From the NCBI GenBank assembly GCA_002104905.1, contig MCFE01000540.1:1-60525 (forward strand): a DNA stretch of 60,525 bases. Reading direction: 5' to 3'. Of this stretch, positions 40,253 through 53,629 are shown piece after piece. Numbering within the stretch: position 1 is the first letter of the stretch; the number at the start of each line of letters is the position of its first letter. A program made the position numbers and the translations under genes. Under the pieces are notes generated by a model. The model saw only the letters and a list, made by a program, of their open reading frames with translations, was not told the origin of the DNA and did no database searches. The DNA is from Basidiobolus meristosporus CBS 931.73. Its lineage: Eukaryota; Fungi; Basidiobolomycota.

Positions 40253-41740
40253 ATGATACGCAATATGAATTCCAGTGTTGGCACGACGCCCCGCAAGAAG
40301 TCCCAATTATTCATCGACTTGAAAGATCTCCCCAAATTCGAGGAACACGAATCCTTAACCTCAACCTCTTCGGATTCCCAGACCACTGTGACACTCACAA
40401 ACCCTACTACTCGCCCACATATACGCTCGCCATTGATAAATGCGCGCTCTCTCCAAGCCCCAAGCCAGACGCCGAAAAAGATGTTGGCCATGACCCCACC
40501 ACTTCCACGCTTTTCTCATCCGTTGGTCCGAAGGGCCACGTACAGCGAGGAGCCATCTGGGTTAACTTGCAGCGTATCGCGAAGAGAAAGGGTCTACGCA
40601 AAAAAAGCCCTGAACAGCCCAGTGTCTTTTGAAGACATGCATAAGATCACTGAGATCGAATTTATGTTTGTAAACGGCAGGGTAAGTGTCTTCGTTGAAC
40701 GCGGCTTAAGCCCCCTGACTCACCTCGCAAAAGTCTCTATTACACCCAGGTCGTGTGTTTGTTAAAGAAGGAGAGCTCGTCAAAGACACAGGAAAGACAG
40801 CCTCTCCACGAAGATTTTTCCTCTTCACCGATGTGTTGGTCTATGGGACACCTTTGGGAGTATCATCCAGATACGGCTCCCTTGACAACCAAACCATTAT
40901 CAACCTCGCTTACTCTAAAGTGGAACATATATCGCAAGGTATGGAAGGTTGCATTTAGCGCCGAGTATCGAACCCAGCTTAACCTGTTTTTATGCCTTAG
41001 CCCAATGGAGTCTCCGGCTGTACACGAAACAGGAATCATTCTGTATTGTTGCCTCCTCCGAGCTGGAATACACCTCGTGGTTTCACGCACTGCAGAACTC
41101 TATTGCTTGCCACAAGACGAAGCTGGAGAATGAGGCCAAGAAAAGACGGTTGGCTGCCATCAAGAACGGGAAAAGAAGATCCAGCTTTTCTCTGGACATG
41201 AGCATCTGGAAGACCATCAAGAACATTGGCTCCTCCAAAGACGGGTTTAGTGACCGATCGTCTGACAGTTCTCGGCCATTGGCTGAAGGAGAGCGGAAGT
41301 ATAGCTTCAGTAGCGTCAGCAGCGTCTCAACACTTTTTGACGGAGAATGCAAGGCAAAGTGGGTGCCGGACGAGGAGGCATCTTGCTGTATGTCTTGTAA
41401 AGTAACCAAATTCAGCATGATGATTCGTCGGCATCATTGCCGGCTATGCGGTCGAGTGATATGTTGGAAATGCTCCCACCTTAGAGAGCACATCAACACC
41501 TCCGGCCAATCTGTAAGAATATGCAAGGACTGTCTGACCTGGAAGGCGGTGGGTGCAGTTATATCCCAAGGCGAAACCCCCCAGAGCCAGCACCTCTCAC
41601 CTCCAACAGTCTATTCTGTAATTCGCGACTGCCCTTCGGATGCTTCTTCGACCATGGCGATGAGCTGCAGTAGCAACGAGAATTCGGTTGACTGGGAGTC
41701 CTCCCTTGGGTCGCCCGAGGAGTACTTCCAAGTGAGCTAA
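40253..41740 (+). CDS. PH + FYVE domain protein (Phafin/PLEKHF-like)
   Basis: After intron 40682-40733: SLLHPGRVFVKEGELVK...FFLFTDVLVYG (PH). FYVE: WVPDEEASCCMSC...RRHHCRLCGRVICWKC...RICKDC. Confidence 0.85.
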
Positions 41741-42906
41741 TGAGCAAGTTACCTGCTTTCGGCATCAGCATCGTATCACCATCTTCTGGGGTCGTTCAAG
41801 GATTCCAAGCCCCCAGACTAATACAAGAGCTGGGCTCTGCTAATTTTTGTGTTGATAAGTAATAAGTAATCCAGCATGTACATATCTAACTACTCCGAAT
41901 CTATGGCATGGTCACCTGTTGTGTACTCGTTTTCCTAGAACGAGCGATTCGTTCAGACACCTCTAATTCTCAACCCCAGCCACTAATAGCGCATAATCCC
42001 ATTCACTAACTCCATGGTAAAGGAACAGGTCTTTGTAAAGTTATATAGCATGTACATTAAAGCACCAAGTCAAACCATCCATAGCTACTTGAATCAATCA
42101 CTTGTGGCTGGTCGACACAGCATAGCGTATGTATGCACTACACTAACAACCCGAGAGGCTTTGGTCCCGGTTGTCTGTTCTTTGCAAGCAGTTCAGTATA
42201 GAATATGCGGTTCATATGGGATTTCCTTGAACAGCTTCGTTGAGCTCAAGATTTGCATCGTGGGTTGCAAATGCGCAACGTCGGTGAACCTCACGCGTGG
42301 CTAACAGCTATGATGATGGGGATAGTTCGCCAGCAACGGACTCACCAACGAAGCGCGCTATGCGTTTGCTGGCCTATGTCTGGGTGGACTGGAACGCCAC
42401 CTGCTCGTTCCCTTGACAATAAGGGTTGTTGAAATCCAGGGCAGGTACTGAAGACGGTTTAGCAGTCCACGACACACCATATATAAACTCGGATTCCCAG
42501 CTTGCACAAGACGGGGCCCCTCTAATTGGGCAATGCATGTGCTCGACCAAACAACGGCCGCATCACGGAAAAATCCAATGTACATTGTCAAACAAATGGT
42601 GGACTTTGGAGATATCTAGTCATTCGTCATCCCCCGAAACAGGAATCCAAATGGGACCAGTATTTATCGACTTTTGTTGTGGTAAGCTAGTGATTCCCTT
42701 TTCCAAAATGCATCTGCTGATCGGCAAAATGTTGTGGAATTCCGACCGTAGCTTGGGTTCGATTGTTTCGGAATGGCTTTTTTTGCCCACGTATATTGCC
42801 ATTCGTTGGTGTTATCTCTCCATCGACCACATCGAGGTCTCTTTCTCGCAATACCACCAGTCCTTGAGTAACTACCAGCAACCGACCGAAATTCTTGCTC
42901 CGCAGA

Positions 42907-44084
42907 ATGCCCCAAACCGCCCACGATGTCCAGCCTGAGCACGGGGACAGTATTGTTCCTCACATCATTCAAGTAACTCCCTTTCTTGTTCAACCAATCA
43001 TTTCTGGCCCTTAACAATTCTTGTGCTCCTCCCTGCCTAGCTTGCCGACTGGGACTGTGGTAAGTCTTTCCAGAGCTCGCTTCCGCCGGCTGTGTATTCT
43101 TACCCCTGAGCTTGCTTCATTAAGGATTGGCATGTGTCTACATGATACTAGTGTACGGTTTCTTAGCTAACCACTCAGCCCCGGCCATTCACTAATCCAT
43201 TGTTCTAGAGGTCTTGGTCTAAAAAACACTTCCATGACTGACATTCGTCAAGCGTGTGCCGTGGAGTCCGTGTGGACCATTGACTTGGCTTACTTGATAA
43301 GGAAGTTTTACGATGTCGACTTCACCTATTATACTAGTTACATGGGGATCAACCCCACCCATACCACCCAAGTGAGTGTTATTGTCTGAGGCGCAAGTGA
43401 ATTCGCTGTAACCGAAGCACCAGGAATTTTATCAGGAATCGATGGAGGGTGACGAGGAGAGGATCTCCCGCCAATTCTCCGCGGCGAAGAAAAACAACAT
43501 CCGAGTGATCCGCATGTATGCTACGGTCTGGCACGCCTTTTCGTGGAACGCAGCTGACTGCCTCTTTGTAGGATATTGCCTTTGGTGGATTTCAAGAGGT
43601 TCCTGCTTGGGCAGAAATATGCGATCTTGACGCTGGTGGACCTGCGCTTTCTGAAGTGTGAGAAATGCAGGGTAATTTTCAACCAGTTCAACCTCACACC
43701 ATCCATTATTCATTCCCTCTGACAACCAGCGGAAACGAAATGTATTTTCGGGGCTCTGCGGACCGTTTGGTTGCTTCCAGTCGTCGGCGTCCAAAGGGGA
43801 ATATATAGGTTAGTGTTCGCGTTGCCGCAAACCGTCGGTCAAGCGTCTAACCCGCTGGATTGTCAGGTCATTTCATTGTGCTTATCCAGTACGACTTCTC
43901 TCGCAACCTCTTTATCTACCGCGACCCGGGTTCTCATGACGACCACTGCACCATTCGACCGGATCAGCTTGAAAAGGCCAGGTCTTCAATGGGTACTGAT
44001 CATGACTGGTATGATGATTTGCTCGCATGGCCTTGATACATCTGGTTAATTTTGTCTGGCAGCATCGTTGTCAAGCTACCCTAG
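42907..44084 (+). CDS. GUCD1-like papain-fold (peptidase C39-like) protein, nine exons
   Basis: Exons 42907-42972, 43041-43059, 43125-43152, 43209-43371, 43424-43515, 43572-43671, 43730-43808, 43867-44008 and 44063-44084. They give VPHIIQLADWDCGLAC, SVWTIDLAY, GHFIVLIQYD, YRDP and ARSSMGTDHDCIVV. Confidence 0.85.
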
Positions 44085-44540
44085 ATACGCGCCGTAACGA
44101 CCGACCGCCCTCTTGTTATCCCCACCCATTGCCACCAAGCTGTCACTGTAAATACGCACACTTAAATTGCATCCAACCCCAAGATAGCCTCGTGTAGGGG
44201 CCACATCCTCAAGTCTTAGCTCGCCCCGACCAACCTGCCATTCTTCAAATAAAGTGAATGAGATCGGTTGATTTTTACTATGATGGTCTCCAGAAAGGAA
44301 GATTGATTAAATTCCTGCTGAGCAGGGCGGTTATTTTTTTTTTTTTGAAATTTTTGAAGCATCCTGAAGGCCGACACTGATCGATGGATGCGGTGGTGAC
44401 CAGCCAGGGGGAATATATACTTCTCGAAATACCCTGCAACTCGCTCCGTTCTCCCTTTGCTCTACCGAATCTCCTTTCGTGGTTTGTCAAAGCATCAGTA
44501 GTCCACGCGTCACCGCAGAACCTTAACCAAGACAGCAACC

Positions 44541-46950
44541 ATGGAGAACAGCACCGAGATCGATCAGGTCCAATTCGACGAATCCTTGTACAACAAGGTT
44601 ACCGAAGGACAGGCAACCATTCTGTTTCCCACCTCCAACGAGGTCTTTTACAACCCCGTCCAACAATTCAACCGCGACATGTCCATTGCGGCCATCACAA
44701 CCTGGAGCGAGATGTTTGCCGAGGAGAAGAGACAAAAAGCCGAGAAGAAGAGAAACAACCAAGGTAAGGCCAGAGCGATGTTGCCCACCGACCACCAAGC
44801 CTACCTTACGAACCTCTTGACCCCGTTCCCCTTCTAGCCGCCGCCCAGCAGAACGGCGAAGCTTCGGTAACTCCGATCAAGCCGTTGTTTTTGCGAGTGC
44901 CGCTCCCCCTAACTTGATTTGTATTTAGTCCGACTTGAACGAGGAGGCACTGAAGAAGTTCACCGTGTTGGAAGCCTTGTCGGCAACCGGACTTCGCTCG
45001 ATTCGTTACGCCAAGGAGATCCCTAACATCAAATACATCGTGGCAAACGATCTCGAGCCCGACGCCGTGAACGCCATCAAACGCAACATCAAGTTCAACC
45101 AATTGAGCGAGGATCTGGTTCGCCCCAACCTTGGCGATGCTTGGTACGGGCCTTCGCGTTTCTAGTGATTGTGGTGGCGGTGCACTAATATGTTGACCAG
45201 TTCTGTGATGTATGACCATCGTGATCCTGCTAAGCGCTACGATGTCATCGATCTCGATCCATACGGGTCGGCCGTTCCGTTCATTGACGGTGCAGTCCAG
45301 GCTGTTTCCGACGGAGGTAGAGGCACATGCTGTTGTAAATGACAAGGATTATTCATACTAAAGTGGGATCAAGGGCTTCTCTGTGTGACGTGCACTGATC
45401 TGGCTGTCTTGGCCAGTAATAGCTACACCGAAACATGGTAAGTGGAATTCCGCGACGGGAGGTCACCAGACATACTGACGTCCTTTGTTGTGGCAGCTTC
45501 TACAAGTACGGTGGTATGCCAGTCAAGGCTGACTACTCTCATGAAATGGTTTGAGCTCTGCAGCCCATGGTCACCTCTCAATGTCAATACTAAACCGGGC
45601 TCGTGAACAGGCGCTTAGGTTGGTTCTCAACTCCCTCCAAACGGCCGCTGCTCGCTACAAGAGACAGATCGTGCCTTTGATGTCGTGCAGCATTGATTTC
45701 TATGTCCGCTTGTTCGTTCGTGTGTTCACCTCTCCTGCCGAAGTCAAGAAAAACGCCAGGTAACTCCCTGTCTTCAAAAGCATATGTTGTCCTTGCTGCT
45801 GACCCACATGTACCTCGCTCAGCAAAACCTCCATGGTTTATCATTGCTCTGGCTGCAAGTCCTACCAGACCCAGCCTCTTGGAAAGATCACTGTTGATGG
45901 CAAAAGCACCAAGTATGGACCCGTAGCAGGGCCTATCGTAAACGGTCATTGTGAGCACTGTGGAAGCAAACACCATGTAACTATCAGCCATCTTGAGCGT
46001 ATGCATCATCCAGGGCCCAGCACTAACTTTATCACCAGGTTGGTGGACCATTCTGGGGTGCCAACATCCATGATAAAGAATTCGTCACTCGCTTCCTGAA
46101 GAACATCAAGGAGTCCAAGGACAGGTTCAAGACACACCCTAGAATGATGGGTATGGTGAGCGTCATATCCGAGGTAATGCATTTGAAGCACCCATCTTGG
46201 CTGGGTGCCACTATCTACTTTCGCGGATACTAACCGTACATGTCAGGAATTGGATGTACCATTCTACTATACTCTATCCGGCCTTACTGGCACACTTCAT
46301 TGCAACAGCCCACCGCTTCTCTCCGTCTGGTAAGTATCAGCTGGGATGAATCTCTTGATGCGAAGCTGACGTGCGTGCTCCACCACAGCTCTGCCATTTT
46401 GCACCAAGGCTACAAAGTCAGCGTATCGCACGCCTGCCAAAGCTCACTGAAAACCAATGCACCCAACGAGGTCCTCTGGGATATCATGAGAAATTGGGTA
46501 AGTGTCGTCGGGGGGGGGAATGTAATGGAAGACTCTTTTGCTTATCCTCAGTGCATGCAGGTCGAAAAGAACCCGGTGAAGAATATCTCTGAGAACTCGC
46601 CAGCGTTCAAGATCCTCTCCAAGAAGCCCAGGTAAGCCGGTGAACAGTCATACTGATCGGAACGAGGAGTCCCTGACTCGATTGGAATTCTCTATAGCTT
46701 CGAGGCGAACTTCACTCGTCACCCAGAGGCCACACCGGAGTCCCGCAAAATCAAGTTGGTTCGTTTCCAGCAGAACCCCACCAAGAATTGGGGCCCCAAA
46801 GCTCGTCACAAGCGCAAGAAGTAAGTGCAGATGGAAATTCCTCGACCGCGGAAGAATGTCCCTAATCTCACCTTCCCCTCCTAACCCAGCCCCAACGACG
46901 AGAAACCTGATGCCAAAAAGCAAAACGTGGAGACCCCCACTCAGAACTAA
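44541..46950 (+). CDS. TRM1: tRNA (guanine-26 N2,N2)-dimethyltransferase
   Basis: [39 protein letters not shown] and NWGPKAR motifs. Thirteen GT-AG introns. Confidence 0.95.
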
Positions 46951-47381
46951 ATAGACCCGGAGTGAACGCTTTTGAATCCCTTTTTTTCTTTGTTCCTACT
47001 TTCAGTCCAATTCTATTCAATACAGCCCTTGCTCAGCGACCCCCCTCCCCCCAGAGCCACGCCACCACCGCTACCTTGTATTGCTCGGGAACGGGGGAAC
47101 TTTCAGTTTGAATAAAAATCACTGGTATTCATTTCCAGTTAGGGCACGCGACGTTGTTACGGGGGCTTGATTTTATTAGAGACAGTCAGGGAAATAGGTT
47201 GAATTAGTAGACTACACCGAGTGTACCTTTCTAGTTGTATATTACTAGCGGTGGAAATGGTGTTAATCAAGGTACTACGTGAAACCATAATAATAAAGTA
47301 GATGTCAAAACAAGGTTGATTTGATTACCAAATATCAATGAAAACTGGTTGTGGTGGTGGAGGGGGGTTGGCTTGATTGGA

Positions 47382-50300
47382 TCATAGATGATAGTTGTCG
47401 AATGCATTCATGACCAGCCCTTCAAGATCGCACTTGAAAAGTGAGATATACTGATCTTCACCGCCAACGGCCAAGATCGTTCGGTGTGGATGGAAGGCGA
47501 CCGAGGAGATTGGGACGATACGTTGTGACAGGATTCCTGTGTAATGGCGAATGGTGCTAAGGTTTGTACCTCCAGCGTTCCAGACTTTCAATGACTGATT
47601 CGAGCTTCCACTACAAGAGTACAAGGATTCAGTTAATGGCCAAGAAATACCCTGCGCAGTGCTGATTGTGAAGTACCTAGCGAATACCGGCGCATGCTCA
47701 TGGACGGCCAGAGCGGTCAGCTCTTGCGTGTGTGCCTCTATAGTGTATATAGATGCTGGGTGGCGGATATCCCATAGCTTGATGTCTCCGGCCACACTGA
47801 AATTTAAATAAAATCAATCATAGTTCAATGACCGAGCATTGGGTTTCGCTCACCTTCCCGACACTAGCTCTCTATTACCACCATGCTGCATATGGACATT
47901 GACAACCCATCCGGGGTGTTCACGCCAGCACATTACCATACTTGATGAAAATCGAAGCGTTAGGGTTGGAGAGAAAGCATGATTGAAATGATGGCTCAAA
48001 CCTGTCTCTGGGCTCTATGCGTCTATCGTATACTCTAACAGTGCCATCCCCAAAGCCACCAACAACTATATCGCCCGAGATCTTCTCACTCGTCAAACTA
48101 GTGACACAGCTGCCGGATCTTGATGGCAACTCCACAACACAGGTTTCCCTGGCAGCATCCCATACCTTGATACTCTTGATATCACCGCTTGCGAGCAAAC
48201 TTCCCCGAGACTGCTGCCAATCCAGAATAACCCCACTGCCGCGATTGCTTGGCAACATTTCGGGCAATGCTCGCCATGATGAAACGGTCTGCATCTCGTG
48301 CGAATCGTAGTTTCTATAAATGCTGACGATTCCATCGTTGGATCCGGTAACGAGTAGCGCACTGTCCTCCTCGTTGATGAATTTGATCGATGTGACGGGT
48401 CTGCTGCTCAGGCCGTTGGCGAAGTAATTGATTCTTTGCTTAGCCTCCCAATCCCAGACACCGATCTCGCCCTTGTTGTCGGAAACGACAAGATGAGACT
48501 CGAATTGATGGAACAGTAGAGATATGGGGGGCGAATCAATGTGCATGGTTCCTATCGGCGACTCCCATTTGCTGGTACCTGCGTGCTCGCTCAACGGGTG
48601 GCTCTCATAAATCACCTTTTCATTGCGCATTCTACGCCACAAGCGTTCATTGTAGTTCACACTGCCAGGCTCATCTGCTTCCGCTGGACGCATCTGAGGC
48701 TCGGAAAAGTACTCTCGGCACCAATTGTAGAAGTCGGACTTCAGAGGAAGGTCGATTTTTTCGTACGGCTCGATCCTTGGGATACTGACGTGGCTTTCAT
48801 TGTCGGAGACCATCTCGTTTAGGTGTGTGAAAGACTCGGCTCGACTCATGAATGAGGAGCGTTTCGATTGGCTCTCCTGGGCTGGCTTGGGTACATTAAT
48901 GTTAGTATCAGAGTCATTGGCGCCGCCAGCCATGTATCCCAGCGCCTTCAAGGAGAACGAAGCAGATCGTCTCAAGGTGGAAGTGATCCTAGAGGTTAAG
49001 CGCTGGTTTCCACCAGGATGAGCCCCATTCACGGAGCTATTTGATAACGAATTTGGAGTGGCTGAGCCATTCCGGTAGCCAGAAACGCTAGCACCAGGTG
49101 GCGGAAGGTGCAGGAGAGAAGAGGCCGCTTCCTCAGACATCGAGGAGTTAATCAATTGGTAGTGAACATAGTCGACTACCTTAATAGCATACATCGATAC
49201 GTCATTGTGTGGATCAGCTGATAGATTAATCAATGCTTTCCAAACACATGTGTAAACAGAGTTGTGGTTGACAGAGCGGAACATCTGCTCAGGGATAGCC
49301 TTGCGCTCTGTGCGGCCTCGCTGCGATGCTGGATCATCGGTCACTTGAGTGGATTGTTTTCGATCCTCCTCGACAAGCTCGTAAGCAACCTGGAGGAACT
49401 TGTTCATGTATTCGTGGACGACCTTGGATAAAGCAATGACCAGCTCACGTCGAACCATGGGCGACCCATCGCTGGTTCCAATAAGCATAGTGATGGCGAT
49501 GTTATGCTCGATGTTGACAATTTGCTCGGTTTTATCCAGATCCCCGATAAAAAGGCCAAGCGCGTACATTGCAGCTGATCGAACTTCCGGAACTGGATCG
49601 GAGAGTAGGGTGCAAAGCTTCTCGTGGGCATTCTCTCGGACTCCAAGCCATTTGGCATCAGCAAACTCTGCCCATTGCTGGCCAATACACAGGCATGCCC
49701 ACTGTCTCAACAGTGGATCCTCGTCTGAGAGATGCGACAGACAGAGTGATAGAACGTTGCTTCTCAGGCAAGCCTCTTTGCCGAGGCGGAAGTCGTTGCA
49801 AAGTACACTCAGGATGAACGTGCACATTGCTCGGTGCTCGGAAATGTTTGGGATGGGGGAAATATCAGTGTCGATGGCCAAGACGTTTGCGAAATACGTG
49901 TATCCATCGTCTTTCAGAAGATCGTTCTGACACGAAGAGTCAACCGCTAGGATTCTTGCCCAGATAAAGACCAACAACGGCTTCAAGTCAGCGGCGGGAC
50001 TTTGGAGCAGCTTCAACACATACGGGAAAATCCCAACGGCAAGTGCCAAGTCAACTGCCCATGGGCCAAGATCCAAGAATTTACATAAAAGAATCAATGC
50101 CCGTAGACGATGACCTTGACTCAGCAACACCTGTAGAAGAATAGGCAGCTGCTCCGGAGGGTTTCTATTGATGGATCCGTGAGAGAGCCATATCTCAAAT
50201 GCGGTAAGCTGCTCGTTGAAGAGCGTACTAGGCACATATTCGACAGGCGGCCCACCCTCCTCCATCGCCAGCAATCCTGGCAACTGAGCCAGACATATGT

Positions 50301-51480
50301 CGACAGCAAAGTCCCAGGATTTCCACAAGGGGTGCTGGTGTGTGGATGGAAGTGGAGGCATCGACATTGGCGTACAGTTGTAGGAGCGCATGATTCGATC
50401 AGCCAACAAGAAGTTTCTTAGCATGGCAGCCACCATCATATCTTGTCTAAAGTATTTTTTAAAAAGATCGTGGGGAAGTACGCTCCAGGCTATGGTGTCC
50501 GTGATAGCGGTAAATATCCAATTGAGCTCACCCAAAGGAGTCCTGCGGTCACTTAGTTTTCCTGGAATCTTCAGAATCATCTCCGTAGTGACGCTGGTTA
50601 ACAACGGGTTTTGGATGGCGAACCACTGCAAGGCGATTTGAATAGGAGTTGTTAGACAACAGGTGAAAAGATCCGCTGGGAGATCAGGATTCATGGGAAG
50701 AATATCATTTGGCCCGCAGGCAGCCAACTGAATGCAATCGCTCATCGGTGTGTAAGGTGCGTGGCCGAGTTTGGCGGCTTCGGAGTCACGTTGTTTAGCG
50801 AAACGATTGAAAGAGAGCAAAATGTTCCCGGCAGAAGAGCAGTCATAAACATACATGCACGGCGAGCCAAGCCAGGATTGCAGATCATACAAAGTAAGAG
50901 GGATGTACTGAGTATAATTCTTGTTAAAAACCCAGATTTCTCCGCTCGTAGTTGGTTTAGGCACTCCATGGCCGTTGTAATGAAACAGGACCCGCTCTTC
51001 TTTGGCACTCTTTCTGAGTGAACAGCATAGTTTCTTGATTTCTTCTATACAGGGATCGAGTGAGAGCTTGTATCTGGCTCGAGGTTGCAAAGTTTCATAT
51101 TGTGTTTGAAGATTTTTTCCTATGGCCTCGAGCGCCTTCTGGGTAGGTAGCGAGAAGGGATCTATCCAAACCTCTAATTTGGCGCAAGGATTGGTTTTGA
51201 CAACATCAGGAGGATCCACGCCGATGTTTAAACACATCACCAAAGCGCAAGAGACCGTTTTGATTTTCTCTCGCATCCGCCAATCATGCTCTATTATCCC
51301 GTGGGCAGGATGGTCGGGGTTTACATTAGCGTTATTCTCGTGGCGTTTTTCAGTGTAATACATGTAACAAACATTCTCGGCCTTTTCCCCATCGCTTTCT
51401 TGGTAATCCCCGGGGAGTGTGTCTGAGCGGTACTGCTCTTCGAATCCGTGGCGAATAGTCTGTTCTACGGATTCGTTCAT
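47382..51480 (-). CDS. KOG1: TORC1 subunit Raptor/Kog1
   Basis: RNC domain (MCLNIGVDPPDV, FHYNGHGVP, VYDCS), HEAT repeats and C-terminal WD40. One ~3.5-kb first exon plus three 3' introns. Confidence 0.97.
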
Positions 51481-51991
51481 CGTAGTCGCATGAAGAGAAG
51501 GTCTAAAGGTTTTTTTGGGATTTTTTTTATTCAAGGAGAAAGCAAGTCCTGTGAACTCAAGCGAAGTTGTTGGAAAAGCCTATGCCACCCTAGCAGTTCG
51601 AAATCATCTCAACATAACAATTCAACCCATTTAATTGACAAATAGGTGATGATTTTCGGGGATGGCACACCGATCAAACCCACATTTGCCAAAGTTCGAT
51701 TAAAATTCCCATGAATGCACCTGTAGCACTGTAGATAATGAATTCATAAACGCAATGTGATGAACAAAATTCTCCCGAGTCTCGACACATTGCAATATAG
51801 AAATAATCGGATTTCTCGAAGAATGAGCAGCTTCTCGATCTTGAATATCACGGCGAAAAAAAGTCATAAATTGAAAGTCAATGCTACTACGGTAGTCTTA
51901 GTCTATTCAATACCTTCAAAGTGTAGAAGACAATTGAGAGGAGTTTCCTTCAAGGGCTATCTTTTCAAATAACGAATAAACCAACCATTCA

Positions 51992-53312
51992 ATGTCCACT
52001 CCTGGAAGTTTGACCTCCCTCCGAATTGGTACATCGGTCTGGATGCTTTTTGTTTGAGAGTTGCCCTTGTTAAATGGTTGATTTTGTATTACAGACAAGG
52101 GGCAAACCCGCTTTACTCCCAAAATAAAACAACGTATTTCAAGAAAGCCAAAGATTGCCACAAAGCATGCAACTGAGTTGAAGTATGCGACTGATACCAC
52201 TTCTCCAAAGAATAGTAATTCACGAAGCTCCTCTTTCAATATGGTCTCTGGATTCTTTTTTAACGTAGTATGCAGTCGAACAGGATATTGTAGAGGAAAC
52301 CCCCGAGCCAGAGGCAGATGATTTTATGCCAACTCCGGCCGGAAAAGCCCGCGCCTCGGCTACCAAACCCGAGTCTAGTGCCACTAAGGGGAAGGTTATC
52401 ATTCCAGGAAACGTGAAGAAAAGGAGAATTTCCGTTTCGAAGGATATAGCCAAACGAGTCCCTAAAGCGGAGGTATCCGCCGACCTGGCCATCCAGGTTG
52501 CAGCGGAGGACCTTTCAAACGTTCCGCTATTCATGTTCTGCAAGGATACGAAGCGTGGCAAGCCAACTAAGGCTTTTCTCGAGCGAGAAAAAGCGAAATT
52601 GGAGAAGAGAAAGAAAGAGCCCATTGAGGCAGTGCCAGCGGACAGTATGAAAACCTCGGTTGACGACGGCAAAGCAAGTGTCTCGACTCAATCCGTAGCC
52701 AAGGAGAGGTACTTTGCAATGCTTCCTTGGTACCCGGTCATTATCTAATGCATTCATAGTAATTTTGCACCCCAGATGAGAGTTGTCAATGGGAAACTAA
52801 TTCTTGATGATACCTCACTATTCGTGGATCATGCCAACATCAACAACAAAGCCACCGAGCCTATGGATGTCGTTGAGGAATGTGCAGCCGACAGGTATGT
52901 CAACAGTGGCACCTATCTTCGTAGGATCAAGTCTCAAAGGTGGACTCCCAAAGAGACGGAAGTGTTCTACCAGGTAAATGGTAGGGTTTGCTATCATGCC
53001 AAATACCATATACTTACGAATGATGTGACGCAGGGATTGGCCAAATGGGGTACGGATTTCAGCTTGATTTCTTCTATGCTCCCAAACCGTACGCAGAAGC
53101 ATATCAAGTACAAATTCAAAAAGGAGGAACAGGTGAATCCAAAGCGAATCACTGAAGCCTTGGTTCGACGTAACCCAGGAACCGCCGCCCCCTCAGTAGA
53201 TGATGGTCCCACTGACCTTGCGCAGGCCACCACTTCCGCCCCCGTCGGAAGACAGACGAGGGGTACTAGAAGCAAGAAAGCCAAGGCCACCCTGGAGCCA
53301 CTCGACCGTTAG
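51992..53312 (+). CDS. BDP1: TFIIIB subunit B'' (SANT/Myb domain)
   Basis: N-terminus SLRIDKGQTRFTPK; core RVVNGKLILDDTSL...YVNSGTY...RWTPKETEVFYQ|GLAKWGTDFSLIS...IKYKFKKEE. The 3' end could be extended by a further intron. Confidence 0.85.
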
Positions 53313-53629
53313 CATGAGCTTTGATCTCTCTCAAGTGCGATCTTTCATTCCCGCAGCCTTCATTTTTCCGAAAGGAATCTGCATTCAGCTCTCGTGGATA
53401 ATTCCAATCATGGGCAGGCCGTCCACCTGGCCCTCTATTTTATGGCGTTCCTTCCCTCCGCTTATCCTTCCATTCCCTTGGGAAGTTTGTTCATATTTTG
53501 GCATCGTTGATAGTCTTCTATACTGAAAAGACACATTGCACAATTAAATCGTATGCATGATAAGCAGACATAGGATGTGTGCGTGGGGACATGGGTCTTT
53601 TTTACCGGACATGAAGAGAATCACTCTAT

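Noticed and set aside
43730-43810. GH17 glucanase motif (GNEMYFRG) in an alternative frame
   Set aside because: That frame stops after about 26 codons; the exon is fully explained by the GUCD1-like gene in another frame.
44541-51480. Intron-density contrast (13 introns in TRM1 versus a 3.5-kb exon in KOG1)
   Set aside because: Real, but gene-to-gene variation of this size is ordinary in intron-rich fungi.
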